Below, piece after piece: positions 29,622-39,846 of a stretch of DNA of 64,000 nucleotides. Under the pieces are notes generated by a model. That model was not told the DNA's origin. It did no database searches and saw nothing but the letters and a program-made list of their open reading frames with translations. This DNA is from a virus: the IMG/VR virus record IMGVR_UViG_3300050821_001343, positions 35,182-99,181 of that record, one strand, 5' to 3'. The position numbers were made by a program, and so were the translations under genes. The first letter of the stretch is position 1. Each line of letters begins with the position of its first letter.

Positions 29622-30134
29622 TTATCCCTTGCCGTAGTCTGAAAAGTATCCCAGATCAATCAGCTTTGGTTGTGCGTCATCCATTCCTATGTTGCCTGAG
29701 TGCATGTCCACGCCGCCAGTTCCTTCTGTTGCATAAGGCCAAATAGCATGAATCAAGTCGTTAATTACACTCGCCAGAACGTGACCGTGTGATCCTTTAA
29801 TCGGCTTGTAGAAATGCACAAGCATGATCCCGGTAGACTTGTCGCAGTAATAAATACGCGGCATATACTTCTTGAGCGGTGCGTAGACTTTGAATCTTTT
29901 AATGCTACGCACGGCTCTGTCTTCGGCTACAGAGTGACGCCTGCAATCTTGATGGTCTGTTGCAGGTATCTTTATCACGACCGGCAATCCTGTAATCTTA
30001 TGGGCTGTCCGATAAACACCACAACCAATTCTTCTGGTTTTAATTCCTAGAGCATGAATATCGTCCAGACTTTTTGGTTTATGCTTGTCAAACAGTCCCA
30101 CAAGTTTGCCTATTCTTGTTTCAGTCCGGCTCAT
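29622..30134 (-). CDS. Minimal protein-kinase-like protein
   Basis: IGCGVYR Gly loop, VVIK, DMHSGN catalytic loop, LIDLG. Confidence 0.7.
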   Translation of the reverse strand: MSRTETRIGKLVGLFDKHKPKSLDDIHALGIKTRRIGCGVYRTAHKITGLPVVIKIPATDHQDCRRHSVAEDRAVRSIKRFKVYAPLKKYMPRIYYCDKSTGIMLVHFYKPIKGSHGHVLASVINDLIHAIWPYATEGTGGVDMHSGNIGMDDAQPKLIDLGYFSDYGKG

Positions 30135-32161
30135 TAGATCACTATATCCCCGTCCACATCCTTCCACGTTCCATGGGCCGCTTTCAGTGCATCAAGAGGC
30201 ATCTGCTGATTTTCTAAGTTTGCCTCTTTCAACATTCCGTTGCCCATCGGCTCTTGCATTGCCTTGATCTTGCCTTCGTTCAACTGACTGAAGGTGCTTG
30301 TCGCCCCGTCACACCAGACGGTTGTCTCTCCTCCTGCACTGTATCGAGAGATTGCACACGTGACCAACGTTTCAGGTGCAAAGGTCACACTGCTCTGTGA
30401 GAATGCACCGGCTGCAAATGTCTCCTTGCTGATGCCTCCTATACGGTTACGGTTGAGAATAAGGGTACAGTCACAGTCTTTAGCGATCTGTGATGCACCG
30501 TCAATGTTTGGAATCGCCGTGAGTTTGTTTTCTCCAACGCGATTTGGTTGGAGGATTCTCACGATCTGCGCACCGTAGTCTTTACCGATCTGCGACGTGC
30601 GCTTGCTAATCTCTGAGAGCCACTGTGTTCTATTCTTGCTGCCAATAGTAATGTCACAAAACCGTTGAAGGTTATCCAACATGATCCATTTCACACCATA
30701 GCGTCTGATACAGTCGATAATTAACTTGTAAATGTCATCCATGGTTTGGAACTTTGGATAACATAGATACAAGTTGCCCGGTCTGTTCGCTGCTATCTCC
30801 TTGACTCCGGGAATTGCGGACTTGAATAACTGGGTTAACTGCTCTGCTTCGGCTGCGTCCTTTGGTAAGTTGTCCGCGATCTGCGCTTTGTGACTGACCC
30901 ATTTACGCGCCAGCTTTGCACGTGTCATCTCACCACAAATGATGATACCGTCTTCCCCATAGGTATCAACCATGTACTCGATAAGGTTCATACCGAACGT
31001 AGTCTTGCCAATTTTCTCTTCGGCAAGAATGTCGATCACATCGCCTTCGTCGAACTGTACGATACTTGACAGCAGAGGCCAAACGTATTTCTGTCCGGCT
31101 CCCTTTCCATCTAGCTCCTCGGTAAATTCGTCAAGCGCGTCCGTGGCTTTTGCTACTCCGTCAACATCGAATAGCTCGGCTTCAGTCTTTAGCTGTTCGA
31201 ATCCTTCAGCAGTCCCGCCGTGTGTGAACCACTCGTTAAGGTCCTTGCCGGGTCGTTCGTTCCCTTCCTCAGTTGTAACCATGAAGTAAGGGAGGGTAAT
31301 TTTCCAGCAACGTTCAATTCCGATTCTCGATGCCAGCGTTTGCGCTGCACGTTGCCCAACTTTGTCACTGTCGTAGCAGACATAGATTTTCTCCAATCCT
31401 AGTTTGTCGAGTGTTTCAATCCACTCCGCTTTCTTGATGTTCGCTCCGGGGACTCCGCAGATATTGGAAATCCCTTTGTCCATTGCTGCGATGCAATTGG
31501 CCTCACCTTCTACCAGAACAACATCCTTGATGCCGTCCTTGAGTGCCTCACCGTTGTAGAGAGTTGAATCCCATCCTTTTGGTGCTGCAAAATCCTTGGG
31601 AACTTTCTTAAGATCGTTCGGGTCCGGGAGTGTCCTGAAGTGTGCCCAAACCGTGTTTCCATTTACTAGGTACGGGTAGACAAGTGCGCGGGTATCCTTA
31701 CCAGTCGATTTGAAGTAGTGCTTGGTAAGCCCAAGCTTCTGCTGCTTGATGATGTTGAGGGAGAATCCCCTGATGTTGCACAGATAGTCAATAGCCTCCT
31801 CATCCGCAAGTAATGCCGCGTGACAAGCATCTGTATCGGGTAGCGGGTCGGTTTTCTTTTCACTGTTTCCCCAATCCTTCTGTGAACTTACGCCGGGAAC
31901 TACAAGACCCAGATATTGTTTAAGGGAATATAGGTTCCCTGACTTCCCACAACGTTGGCACAGAAACAAGCCGTCCCGGTTCTTCTGCTCATCTTCTGCT
32001 CCATGGACCTCCATGTAACAATGATCAGTCTTGCCACACTCTTTGAACGGACACTTGCCTAACAAGATTCGTATACTGTCCGTTACTTTCCAATCCCATC
32101 CTTGACTCTGCACGAATTGAAGGGCCGCGCTCCCGTTGAATTGCTCTGGAATCTGATTCAT
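30134..32161 (-). CDS. DNA primase-helicase (T7 gp4/Twinkle-like)
   Basis: Zn finger CPF...CQRC, TOPRIM VEGE...DSD..G, KDLNE, DnaB-like helicase with KIGKT and LDNLQ. Confidence 0.9.
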   Translation of the reverse strand: MNQIPEQFNGSAALQFVQSQGWDWKVTDSIRILLGKCPFKECGKTDHCYMEVHGAEDEQKNRDGLFLCQRCGKSGNLYSLKQYLGLVVPGVSSQKDWGNSEKKTDPLPDTDACHAALLADEEAIDYLCNIRGFSLNIIKQQKLGLTKHYFKSTGKDTRALVYPYLVNGNTVWAHFRTLPDPNDLKKVPKDFAAPKGWDSTLYNGEALKDGIKDVVLVEGEANCIAAMDKGISNICGVPGANIKKAEWIETLDKLGLEKIYVCYDSDKVGQRAAQTLASRIGIERCWKITLPYFMVTTEEGNERPGKDLNEWFTHGGTAEGFEQLKTEAELFDVDGVAKATDALDEFTEELDGKGAGQKYVWPLLSSIVQFDEGDVIDILAEEKIGKTTFGMNLIEYMVDTYGEDGIIICGEMTRAKLARKWVSHKAQIADNLPKDAAEAEQLTQLFKSAIPGVKEIAANRPGNLYLCYPKFQTMDDIYKLIIDCIRRYGVKWIMLDNLQRFCDITIGSKNRTQWLSEISKRTSQIGKDYGAQIVRILQPNRVGENKLTAIPNIDGASQIAKDCDCTLILNRNRIGGISKETFAAGAFSQSSVTFAPETLVTCAISRYSAGGETTVWCDGATSTFSQLNEGKIKAMQEPMGNGMLKEANLENQQMPLDALKAAHGTWKDVDGDIVI

Positions 32162-32176
32162 TCACCCCTTGTCTAA

Positions 32177-32317
32177 CTACTTTTCACCATGAAACTTATA
32201 ACGATGCTTAAGACAGGTCTTACACTGCTCGTGAAAATGGCACAGGTCTATTGGATTGTGACACTGGTATGGCTTCCATGCGTGTCCTTCTACCAAGCAA
32301 ATTATCCATGCAATCAT
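32177..32317 (-). CDS. Small Zn-binding phage protein (C-x3-GH-x-W...CxxC)
   Basis: MIAWIICLVEGHAW...CKTC; below the ORF track threshold. Confidence 0.45.
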   Translation of the reverse strand: MIAWIICLVEGHAWKPYQCHNPIDLCHFHEQCKTCLKHRYKFHGEK

Positions 32318-32613
32318 AGATGCTTCTCCATTAGTGTTTTCCACTCTCGTTCAAGTTCGTCCGCACCATCTCTGCGATATTCCATTTTTCTCATGTCATC
32401 CTCAATAGGCGTAGTCGTCGTGAATTTCTTTCTTTCGTGCTTCTTTCAAAACGGCTCGTTTGAACAGCCAGAGTAGAAACCGAGTCCACCGGGTTCCGTG
32501 ACATAGCGCCCTCGCACCTTTGTATTGAAACGAGTAACGAACTAGAAAAGCCGGGTCAGCTACAGAACCAAACAAGGGAACGTGAATTACATCCGGGTCA
32601 TGTTTTTGGTAGC

Positions 32614-33825
32614 TCATTTGCTATCCTTTTCTAGAAACTTATTCGATACGATTTTCAACTGCGCCCTACCTACTCCGCGCACATGACGTTCCGGGACAGA
32701 CTTAATGACTATGCCCTCACGGATATTGGTAGCACCTTTGACTTTCGACGGCCCATCTACAAGAGATTTGATCTTCTCAAGATCAAAGGGTCCTTGATAG
32801 AGAACAGGAACCGATCTACCAATTAACGATACTACTATATCCATGTAACGCTCATCTGTAGGGTCTAACCAGTTTCCATCTGGCTTTCTAATATCAAATG
32901 GGAAGAATTGTGGCTCCTTGCTGCCATATTCAAAGTTGCCTTGAGTGGGAGTAACTTCACCCCAAAGAACATAGCCCTCATTCACACGACACCATTCCTC
33001 GATCCATGGATTAGCTTTCAGCGCCTTCCTCCAGATGCAATTACTCGTTGGTGCTTTCCATAGTGTCCGTGATCCTGCATACATCACACCGTCAAGGAAG
33101 ATATATCGTGCATTACTTCCGTGAATCTTCTCAGTGACAATAACCGGCTCGTGTTCAGTAAACACGTTCGGGTAGTTCTTGAATGCATCTACATCGTAAA
33201 CCGGGATGCCAAGACTTACACTCTCTTCGGCTCCTCCAATCGCGTCATAGAATCCAAGCGCATTCTTTACGCGCCGGTAGATAAACTTGACCCATCCACG
33301 GACCGAACGTGGGTACTTACGCTTCAGCTTTGGTGCTCCGCTGTTGTCTCCTTTAGTTTCCTTTCCAGCATCCGGGTCGTAGTGAGTAATTCCCAACATA
33401 TTTGAAACGTCACCACCCGGTGCTAAGGACCAATACCCGGCACTTGGGTCCAATACCCACGAATAGCCATCTTTCTCATGGTCTATAGCCCAAAAATCGG
33501 TAACAGGTAGGAGAAGTCCTTCTGACCACTCTCCACGAAACTTGCGGACAGTAATACGTCTGCGCTTCTCTGGCACAACGAACGCCGCCGTTGAGTCTTC
33601 AGCAGGTACACACATATACGGTTCCCAAATGAACCGGAACGGCTCCGTTTGTGGGACAACGGAATCCGGCTGGATATACACAGCCAGATCGCCAACTTTA
33701 AACTGTCCGCTTTTGGACACCACTTGGTATTCCCCAATGGGGATAATATCTAGGGTATCTGCGTTGCCGTGCTTCAGCACTTCGGTGATCTTTACAATGT
33801 TAGCTTGATGGTTTGCTTTCGTCAT
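32614..33825 (-). CDS. RNA ligase, DRB0094/Rnl5-like family
   Basis: N-terminal OB-like H.NAD.L domain, TEKIHGSN motif I, GE, FDI, REGIV, LKIVS. Confidence 0.85.
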   Translation of the reverse strand: MTKANHQANIVKITEVLKHGNADTLDIIPIGEYQVVSKSGQFKVGDLAVYIQPDSVVPQTEPFRFIWEPYMCVPAEDSTAAFVVPEKRRRITVRKFRGEWSEGLLLPVTDFWAIDHEKDGYSWVLDPSAGYWSLAPGGDVSNMLGITHYDPDAGKETKGDNSGAPKLKRKYPRSVRGWVKFIYRRVKNALGFYDAIGGAEESVSLGIPVYDVDAFKNYPNVFTEHEPVIVTEKIHGSNARYIFLDGVMYAGSRTLWKAPTSNCIWRKALKANPWIEEWCRVNEGYVLWGEVTPTQGNFEYGSKEPQFFPFDIRKPDGNWLDPTDERYMDIVVSLIGRSVPVLYQGPFDLEKIKSLVDGPSKVKGATNIREGIVIKSVPERHVRGVGRAQLKIVSNKFLEKDSK

Positions 33826-34460
33826 GTCTCTTCCCTTCTAGGTAAAATGTGTCCATCAGTGAAGCGTCTTTGTTCCCGGCTTCAGGTTGCCATTCATGAG
33901 GAGGACGGTTACTAGCCAACAAGAAACTGTAACCGCTCCAATTTCTTAGAGCCTGCCAAAACCGTAGCTCTGGGTTCCCCATGCAGTACAGGAAAAAATC
34001 CCATGCGAGTTTAGAATTGCGCGTCTGTTTCATACCCACTGCTCCCGGACTCGGCTGCTTCGAGACTAGCCTCATCGACACTATAGCCTTCTCGTATTGC
34101 GGTTACAAATGCATTCAGGAATATTGAATCCTCGCCTCGTGCCTGTGCGTTCCTATAGCGGGTCTTCCAGCGGATCAATGATCCCAACGAAATCTCTTCA
34201 TGCATGAAATGCGCCATCAGTTTGGTACTCCCTCTGGCGGTGTGAACATCTGGATAGCTTGTTCGGTCAGCTTAAGCATCCAGTATGGACGCTTACCTTT
34301 CTTCAAATCTTGTTTCAGTTCTTTCTTGAATTCATTAGTTGCATCCACTATGAAACCAAGCTTCATAATAGCGTCCAGTGTCTCGGTATGAGATTTGATA
34401 ACCTCGGCCTCTTGTGCGGTATCGTCTGGCTGCGCCACAGGCGTAGCAATGAACTTCACT

Positions 34461-34925
34461 TTATTGTCGCACATCGTCTTCAGCAGTTTGAATTGGTCTT
34501 CCGTCAGTTCGATATGGTCGCTCATTTTTCCTTTCCTTGTGAGGACACACGCCATTGTTGATTCGTTTCCCACAGTTACAATTGAAACACAAAACTTGGT
34601 ATCCATCTTTCGGATACCCTCGTCGTTTAAGTGACCTATAAAAACTAAAACCAGACCCTACAAGTTTCCGTTCCTTTCCGCCTGAACCTTTAACGTGGTC
34701 GATAGTAAGGAACGCTAGGATTGTTTCTCCACAGCAGGTACAAATGCCGCCGTATTCCTTAATGACTTCACTCTTCAATAATACACTATTTCTATGCCTT
34801 TTGTCAAGACAAATCGTACAGGTCACGCGATTTTTCTTTGCTTTACGCGACCAACAACAGCCACAGTAACCCTCTTGGATGCGTTTTAATCTGTACTTTT
34901 TGTTATACGTTTTATGCTTTGTCAT
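34461..34925 (-). CDS. HNH-type endonuclease
   Basis: YGG.C.CCGE...LTIDH...QVLCFNCN. Confidence 0.75.
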   Translation of the reverse strand: MTKHKTYNKKYRLKRIQEGYCGCCWSRKAKKNRVTCTICLDKRHRNSVLLKSEVIKEYGGICTCCGETILAFLTIDHVKGSGGKERKLVGSGFSFYRSLKRRGYPKDGYQVLCFNCNCGKRINNGVCPHKERKNERPYRTDGRPIQTAEDDVRQ

Positions 34926-36610
34926 TCCTTTCCTGCTAATGCTGACCCAATTATCTTACTTGCGCTTCCTCTTGTCAAGTTGGTCGGGATTTGCTTTCCC
35001 TTGAACAACTTTTTAATCAGTTTCATCTGACCGTCCGTTGGCGCTAGCTGGTGCCACTCGGCCTCCCTCTTGACAACTTTGATGCATTCTGGTACGATCT
35101 TTCGAATCAAATCATCAGCGGCGGTAAAGGCTTCAGGGAGTGTGTCGCGTTCCCCTCTGTATTTCTTCCCTTTTAGGGTGCCCCTAATTTCCCACTTGTC
35201 AAGTAAATTCTGCTCGATCCGTACAGATTCCTTATCAGGAAGCATTAGTATATAGCCTCCACTGTAGGACGGGTGCCATGTGAACTCGCTGGCCGCTTCT
35301 ACTTCAGCCGGGAACTTGATTTCAAAGAGGTTAACGGCTTCTACGAACGCCTGAATCTCGTTAATGTCCTTTAACCCTGCAAAGTCTAGGTGAGGATACT
35401 TCGCTAGCTCCTCTTCAATCTCTTTAGCTGCCCATACAAGGCCCTTGCCGCGTAAATTGAGGCCAGAGGGTAGTCCAAGTAGCGTCGGCAGCGTAATGAG
35501 GCTGTGGCGGCTGCTCGCGTCACATACATCGAGCACGATACAGTCTATCTTGATCTGTGCTTCCGGCTCTATCATTAAGTTATGAAGATTGTCAACTCCT
35601 TCTGGAAGTCTTGTGCCTCGACCTACACGTTGACTAAATACAACTCCGCTTTTTGTAGGTGCAGCAAGTATGACACAACTAATCGTTGAAAGATCAAATC
35701 CTTCTACGAGAAGTTGTGCGTTAAATAGTACATCTATCTTACCTGCTCGAAACCGTGCGATCTTGTCATCACGGTCGGGGTCTGCTCCCCAGACTGCTTC
35801 CGCGTTAATTCCATTGTCAACAAATGTCTGTGCAAGGTTCTTAGAGTGCTGAATGTCTACACCAAAACCAATGGCTTGTCTGCCTGAACAATTGTCAAGA
35901 TATGCACGGGCTACGAGTTGGTTACGATACGGTGTGTCAACTGCGTCGGCCAGTTCTTTTTGGTCGTAGTCCCCGGCTGTAGTGCTTACCCCGTCCAGAG
36001 AAGTTTTTGTATCCACGCGGATACCACGAACATCTACCAGATAGCCGTCTTCTATGGCTTGACGGAGAGAGTAGGTGTAAACAATACGCTGGTAAAGCTT
36101 TCCCAATCCTTCCCCATCACCACGGGTCGGGGTCGCGGTGCAACCCAAGAGCAAACGGTTGCCGGGATTTTCAAGTAGTTTCGCTCCATTGTAGACGTTG
36201 TAGTAACTGTCTGCGATGCTGCGGTGAGCCTCGTCTACTATGTATTTGTCGATCTGGTGGAAGTTGAACTTTTTCAGGCGCTCGGTATTCTTGCGTCCAA
36301 GTGTTTGTACACTGGCTACAATAGCATCTGCTGTGGTAGGGTCACATTTCTCTGCCCCGGCCTCTTGTTGGACATTCATGCCGGGATTGCGCAGGCGTAA
36401 TTTGTTCATCGCCTGCTGTGCCAATTCGTCGCGGTGCAGGAGCACCATCATCTGTCCGGGAAGTTTGTAACGGAGTGTGTCAGGAAGAGTTGCGAAGACC
36501 TCAGTCTTTCCGGTGCCGGTCGCCATCACTAGGAGTTGACGGAGTATCCCATCGTTATGGGCTGTGTCAATCTTGTGCTTGGCTTCTTTTTGATATGGGC
36601 GATCAGGCAT
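34922..36610 (-). CDS. SF2 DEAH helicase (Irc3/ResIII-like)
   Basis: RPYQ, MATGTGKT, DEAH, TATP.R.D, EGFD, QRVGRGTR. Confidence 0.93.
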   Translation of the reverse strand: MPDRPYQKEAKHKIDTAHNDGILRQLLVMATGTGKTEVFATLPDTLRYKLPGQMMVLLHRDELAQQAMNKLRLRNPGMNVQQEAGAEKCDPTTADAIVASVQTLGRKNTERLKKFNFHQIDKYIVDEAHRSIADSYYNVYNGAKLLENPGNRLLLGCTATPTRGDGEGLGKLYQRIVYTYSLRQAIEDGYLVDVRGIRVDTKTSLDGVSTTAGDYDQKELADAVDTPYRNQLVARAYLDNCSGRQAIGFGVDIQHSKNLAQTFVDNGINAEAVWGADPDRDDKIARFRAGKIDVLFNAQLLVEGFDLSTISCVILAAPTKSGVVFSQRVGRGTRLPEGVDNLHNLMIEPEAQIKIDCIVLDVCDASSRHSLITLPTLLGLPSGLNLRGKGLVWAAKEIEEELAKYPHLDFAGLKDINEIQAFVEAVNLFEIKFPAEVEAASEFTWHPSYSGGYILMLPDKESVRIEQNLLDKWEIRGTLKGKKYRGERDTLPEAFTAADDLIRKIVPECIKVVKREAEWHQLAPTDGQMKLIKKLFKGKQIPTNLTRGSASKIIGSALAGKE

Positions 36611-36616
36611 TTGCTC

Positions 36617-37180
36617 CTAGCTAGGTTTTTCTAGTTCCCGAAATCGGCGGGATGGTCGTTCCTCTAATACTCCAGATTCCTCCGGGACTCGATTCTTATC
36701 CATGAAAAGAAGAACTGGGTTCGGAATGTTTGCCAAAAGTCTCATGAAACTAAGGCCCTCACGGATATGATCTGAGCCAAAAAGGGCTTGCCATACGATT
36801 CGTTCTTGGTCTGTAATGTTTTGTGGCAAATGCAATACAACGTGCCAGTGCTTGCCGCTGGTAGAATGAAATTTGTCCCATTGTACTGATCCTTGTTCAA
36901 ATCTTTCACGCAGAATGTCTAGGACTTCTTCAAATCGTTTAGGGATGTCCTCACAGTCGTAGTCTATTTGAATCTCATTAGGCTTGGCCGGAACAATCTC
37001 AAGGTTTGGGTTATGTTTCTTAGCTAGTTGTTCTAACGCGTTGTCCAGTTTATACTTCGGTGTCTTTTCAGGCTCGGGGTCTTTTTCATAAATAGGATCA
37101 CCCCAGTAGCCATAACCAATGATTTTTTTGGTAACAACGTCAGTAGGACTTTTCGTGATAACGAAGTCATCGAAACTCAT
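36617..37180 (-). CDS. Hypothetical protein with C-terminal SRRFR motif
   Basis: DYD...STSG.H.H.V pattern faintly primase/HUH-like; ends EERPSRRFRELEKPS. Confidence 0.5.
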   Translation of the reverse strand: MSFDDFVITKSPTDVVTKKIIGYGYWGDPIYEKDPEPEKTPKYKLDNALEQLAKKHNPNLEIVPAKPNEIQIDYDCEDIPKRFEEVLDILRERFEQGSVQWDKFHSTSGKHWHVVLHLPQNITDQERIVWQALFGSDHIREGLSFMRLLANIPNPVLLFMDKNRVPEESGVLEERPSRRFRELEKPS

Positions 37181-37190
37181 GGAACCCTTT

Positions 37191-37475
37191 CTACTTGGCT
37201 TTTCGTACCCGTGGTTTCTTGAAGTTCTTCTGTCCGTCCACGAATGCTGCTCGGAACTCTTGCAGCATTGAGATGGCTTTGTCGATCTTTACTACTGACT
37301 CAGGCTCGTTTCGGAACCACCAACTGATCTTTCGATTGCAGTCTGATAGGTCCACTTGGCCGGACAGTCTGGTGTGTTTGACTACCTTGTAGGATATGGT
37401 CGAATCACACCCAACCGGGTCTATCCATGCAGACCCGGTTGCGACAACCTTTGGATTTCTGCGAATACGTCTCAT
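37191..37475 (-). CDS. Hypothetical protein (paralog of the adjacent gene)
   Basis: Shares IDP..DS..SYK...SG.V.LSDCNRKISW.F with 37472..37750. Confidence 0.6.
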   Translation of the reverse strand: MRRIRRNPKVVATGSAWIDPVGCDSTISYKVVKHTRLSGQVDLSDCNRKISWWFRNEPESVVKIDKAISMLQEFRAAFVDGQKNFKKPRVRKAK

Positions 37476-37750
37476 GCGGCCTTCTTTTTTGGAAACCGTT
37501 TCCGTGCTTTAATGAATTCTCTGCGAAAGTTGCGCAAGATTTCTATGGCTTTGTCAACCTTGGTAATCGCATCGTCGTTATTACTAAAGTACCACGAGAT
37601 TTTCCGGTTGCAATCTGATAACTCTACGGACCCGCTTATATTTACATAGCTGTCCGTGGTGATCTTGTAAGAAACCATGGAGTCGCTGTCTAGAGGATCA
37701 ATGTAGTGAGCCTCGGTTGCTATCAACTCAGGTTTTTGTTTTTCACTCAT
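37472..37750 (-). CDS. Hypothetical protein (paralog of the adjacent gene)
   Basis: Tandem paralog of 37191..37475. Confidence 0.6.
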   Translation of the reverse strand: MSEKQKPELIATEAHYIDPLDSDSMVSYKITTDSYVNISGSVELSDCNRKISWYFSNNDDAITKVDKAIEILRNFRREFIKARKRFPKKKAA

Positions 37751-38003
37751 GATTTTGTTCCTTTTGCAAACTCCCAGATAAAGAGCGGCCACAAAAGGAT
37801 GCAAACTAATGCGATGGCCTGACTCGGTGAAAGATGCATGTTGTCAGCTTGGCGTATAAAGTATTCGTATGACTTCTTGTACGCCTGTCCATTCTCGGTG
37901 TCCTTTTCGATCTGACTCTCCACGTAGTTAAATAGAACCAAGAGTGCAATGTTGAGGACAATGCCGATTGTCAGATACAAAAGTAATGAGAATGCTAATG
38001 GAC

Positions 38004-38261
38004 TCATGTTGGCTTCCAGCCCTTCCTTCGTGTGAATTTAACTACAATGTTTGTGACCAGTTGAGATTCCACTTCGATCTTCAGATTCCCGTCATGGTGC
38101 GCTTTATGACATTGCGCACATAGTGTGATTAAGTTGTTGAGCGTGTCCGGCCCTCCATGGGAGCGGTACAGCACGTGGTGAGGATGCAAGGCATTGCGAT
38201 CATAGCAGTGTCGGCATTTCCACCCATCCCTAGCGAAACAAGATTGGTAGATAAGGTCCAT
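38004..38261 (-). CDS. HNH endonuclease
   Basis: RDGWKC..C...HH...RS.GG....NL.TLC..CH...H. Confidence 0.88.
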   Translation of the reverse strand: MDLIYQSCFARDGWKCRHCYDRNALHPHHVLYRSHGGPDTLNNLITLCAQCHKAHHDGNLKIEVESQLVTNIVVKFTRRKGWKPT

Positions 38262-38303
38262 AGTTGAGTAAAAACCAGTTCACGTTCAAGATCAGGTAAC
38301 GCA

Positions 38304-39014
38304 TTATTCTGCCTCTTCGTCTTCCAACGGTGTAGTTGCTAATACGCCGTTTGCGGGATCATTGATGAACGCCACGAATACTACCTCGGCTGCGGCTCCA
38401 TCTGATGCGTCTTGACTGATCCCTTCGTCATCCTTCTTAACCGATCCGATCTGCGCCTTTGCTAATTCCAAGGCCGGTCTTACTACTTGGTCAATTGCCA
38501 TTTGCTTCATGTACAGGTGAAGCCAGCCCATGGCGTCTTCTCCTATTAGACCCTTCAAGGTCTTTACATGATTCTTTATTTCATCAAGGGGCATATCTTT
38601 GCCATTATAAATGAAACCTTCAACGAAAGACTTAATCGGTATTTCTTCTTTAGTCTCCGGGTTGACCCATGTATCGTCCAAATTCAAGCTAGTAATTTCT
38701 CTCAGCTTGGCGATGCCCAGTGGTTCATACTTCTCTCGCGGAATCTGCATCACGTCCATAACTTCTGCTATGCGGCGAAGATATTGTGCCTTGCGGGGCT
38801 TGAGTTCCAATGTCTTGACGTACTCTTGGAAGGTTACGAAGCCTTCATAGAATCCGTTCTTCTTGATTGTGTGAAGAAGGTCCGCAATATCGAATGCCGA
38901 ACTGTTTACCTTCTTGATTAGTTGTTCCAGTTGCTTCCGAACCTTGGCCGATTCCCCGGCCACTTTCTGTCCCACGATATTAGGGGGACCGTTTTTATCA
39001 AATACTACTTCCAT
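38304..39014 (-). CDS. Putative DNA-binding protein (DUF3102-like N-terminus)
   Basis: 'TFQEYV..LEL..RKAQYL.RIAE' helical motif. Confidence 0.4.
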   Translation of the reverse strand: MEVVFDKNGPPNIVGQKVAGESAKVRKQLEQLIKKVNSSAFDIADLLHTIKKNGFYEGFVTFQEYVKTLELKPRKAQYLRRIAEVMDVMQIPREKYEPLGIAKLREITSLNLDDTWVNPETKEEIPIKSFVEGFIYNGKDMPLDEIKNHVKTLKGLIGEDAMGWLHLYMKQMAIDQVVRPALELAKAQIGSVKKDDEGISQDASDGAAAEVVFVAFINDPANGVLATTPLEDEEAE

Positions 39015-39421
39015 TCCTCTCCGTATTTCTCAATTGCCTGCACAAACTCTCCAAAGGACTTAAAATGGTAATTGCGTCCAATGTAATGGAACACGTTCTC
39101 CTTCGGCCCGATAATGTAAGCAGGTTTTCCAGTACCGATGGCATACCCGTGCTCAAAGTGCCTGCCGCCTCTCGGTACTCCGATCAGCGGATTCTCAGAG
39201 AAGAATACAATTGCATCAGCCCGATCAATGTCTTCAATGTCAAACGTGGCGAACTCTTTGTACTGCTCCTCTGGGTCATCGCCTAGTTGGGAGTTTAGCG
39301 GTAGCTTTTCTTCTAGCCAACGTGATGTAACTTCTATCCCTTGGTGGCGTAAATATGCCGCGTAGACTTTTAATTCGTCTCGACGCGGATACTGAGCGGC
39401 TAGGTAAAGTTTTAACGACAT
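39005..39421 (-). CDS. Nucleoside 2-deoxyribosyltransferase-like protein
   Basis: LYLA...D.EDI..AD....GGR..E.GYA.G..K. Confidence 0.75.
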   Translation of the reverse strand: MSLKLYLAAQYPRRDELKVYAAYLRHQGIEVTSRWLEEKLPLNSQLGDDPEEQYKEFATFDIEDIDRADAIVFFSENPLIGVPRGGRHFEHGYAIGTGKPAYIIGPKENVFHYIGRNYHFKSFGEFVQAIEKYGEEWK

Positions 39422-39846
39422 TCATCCTCCTGTACTACAACAGGGGCATCATCTATTCCATCTGCCCTCTGGCCGGTGTTCTTTATGATCTGGATTGCCC
39501 GATCATCCCAAACGGCCACACAGCCGTAATCTTTTATACACGTCACAGGCAGCGAAGTACCAAAGACTTTCAACGACCATTTAGCTATTGCGTCCAGTGC
39601 TACGAGTCGCTTCTGAGGATCAGGCTCGGAGGCCCTTGCTGTAAAGATTTTTACAATCTTACCCTCAGCAAGCCACTGAAATACACGATTGACCATAGGA
39701 CCAATCGGTTCTCCGATATGCTCGTGTCCATGGAACGTATCGTATACGGCCAAAGTTCCGTCCAAATCGACTGCAATCCATGGGGCTAGGTAATCCTTAC
39801 CCAACCTTTGTGCTTTCCGTGCTTCCTTCTCGCTGTCCGTTATCAT
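39412..39846 (-). CDS. HAD-family phosphatase (PNKP phosphatase-like)
   Basis: WIAVDLDGTLA, IFTAR, K, WDDRA. Confidence 0.8.
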   Translation of the reverse strand: MITDSEKEARKAQRLGKDYLAPWIAVDLDGTLAVYDTFHGHEHIGEPIGPMVNRVFQWLAEGKIVKIFTARASEPDPQKRLVALDAIAKWSLKVFGTSLPVTCIKDYGCVAVWDDRAIQIIKNTGQRADGIDDAPVVVQEDECR

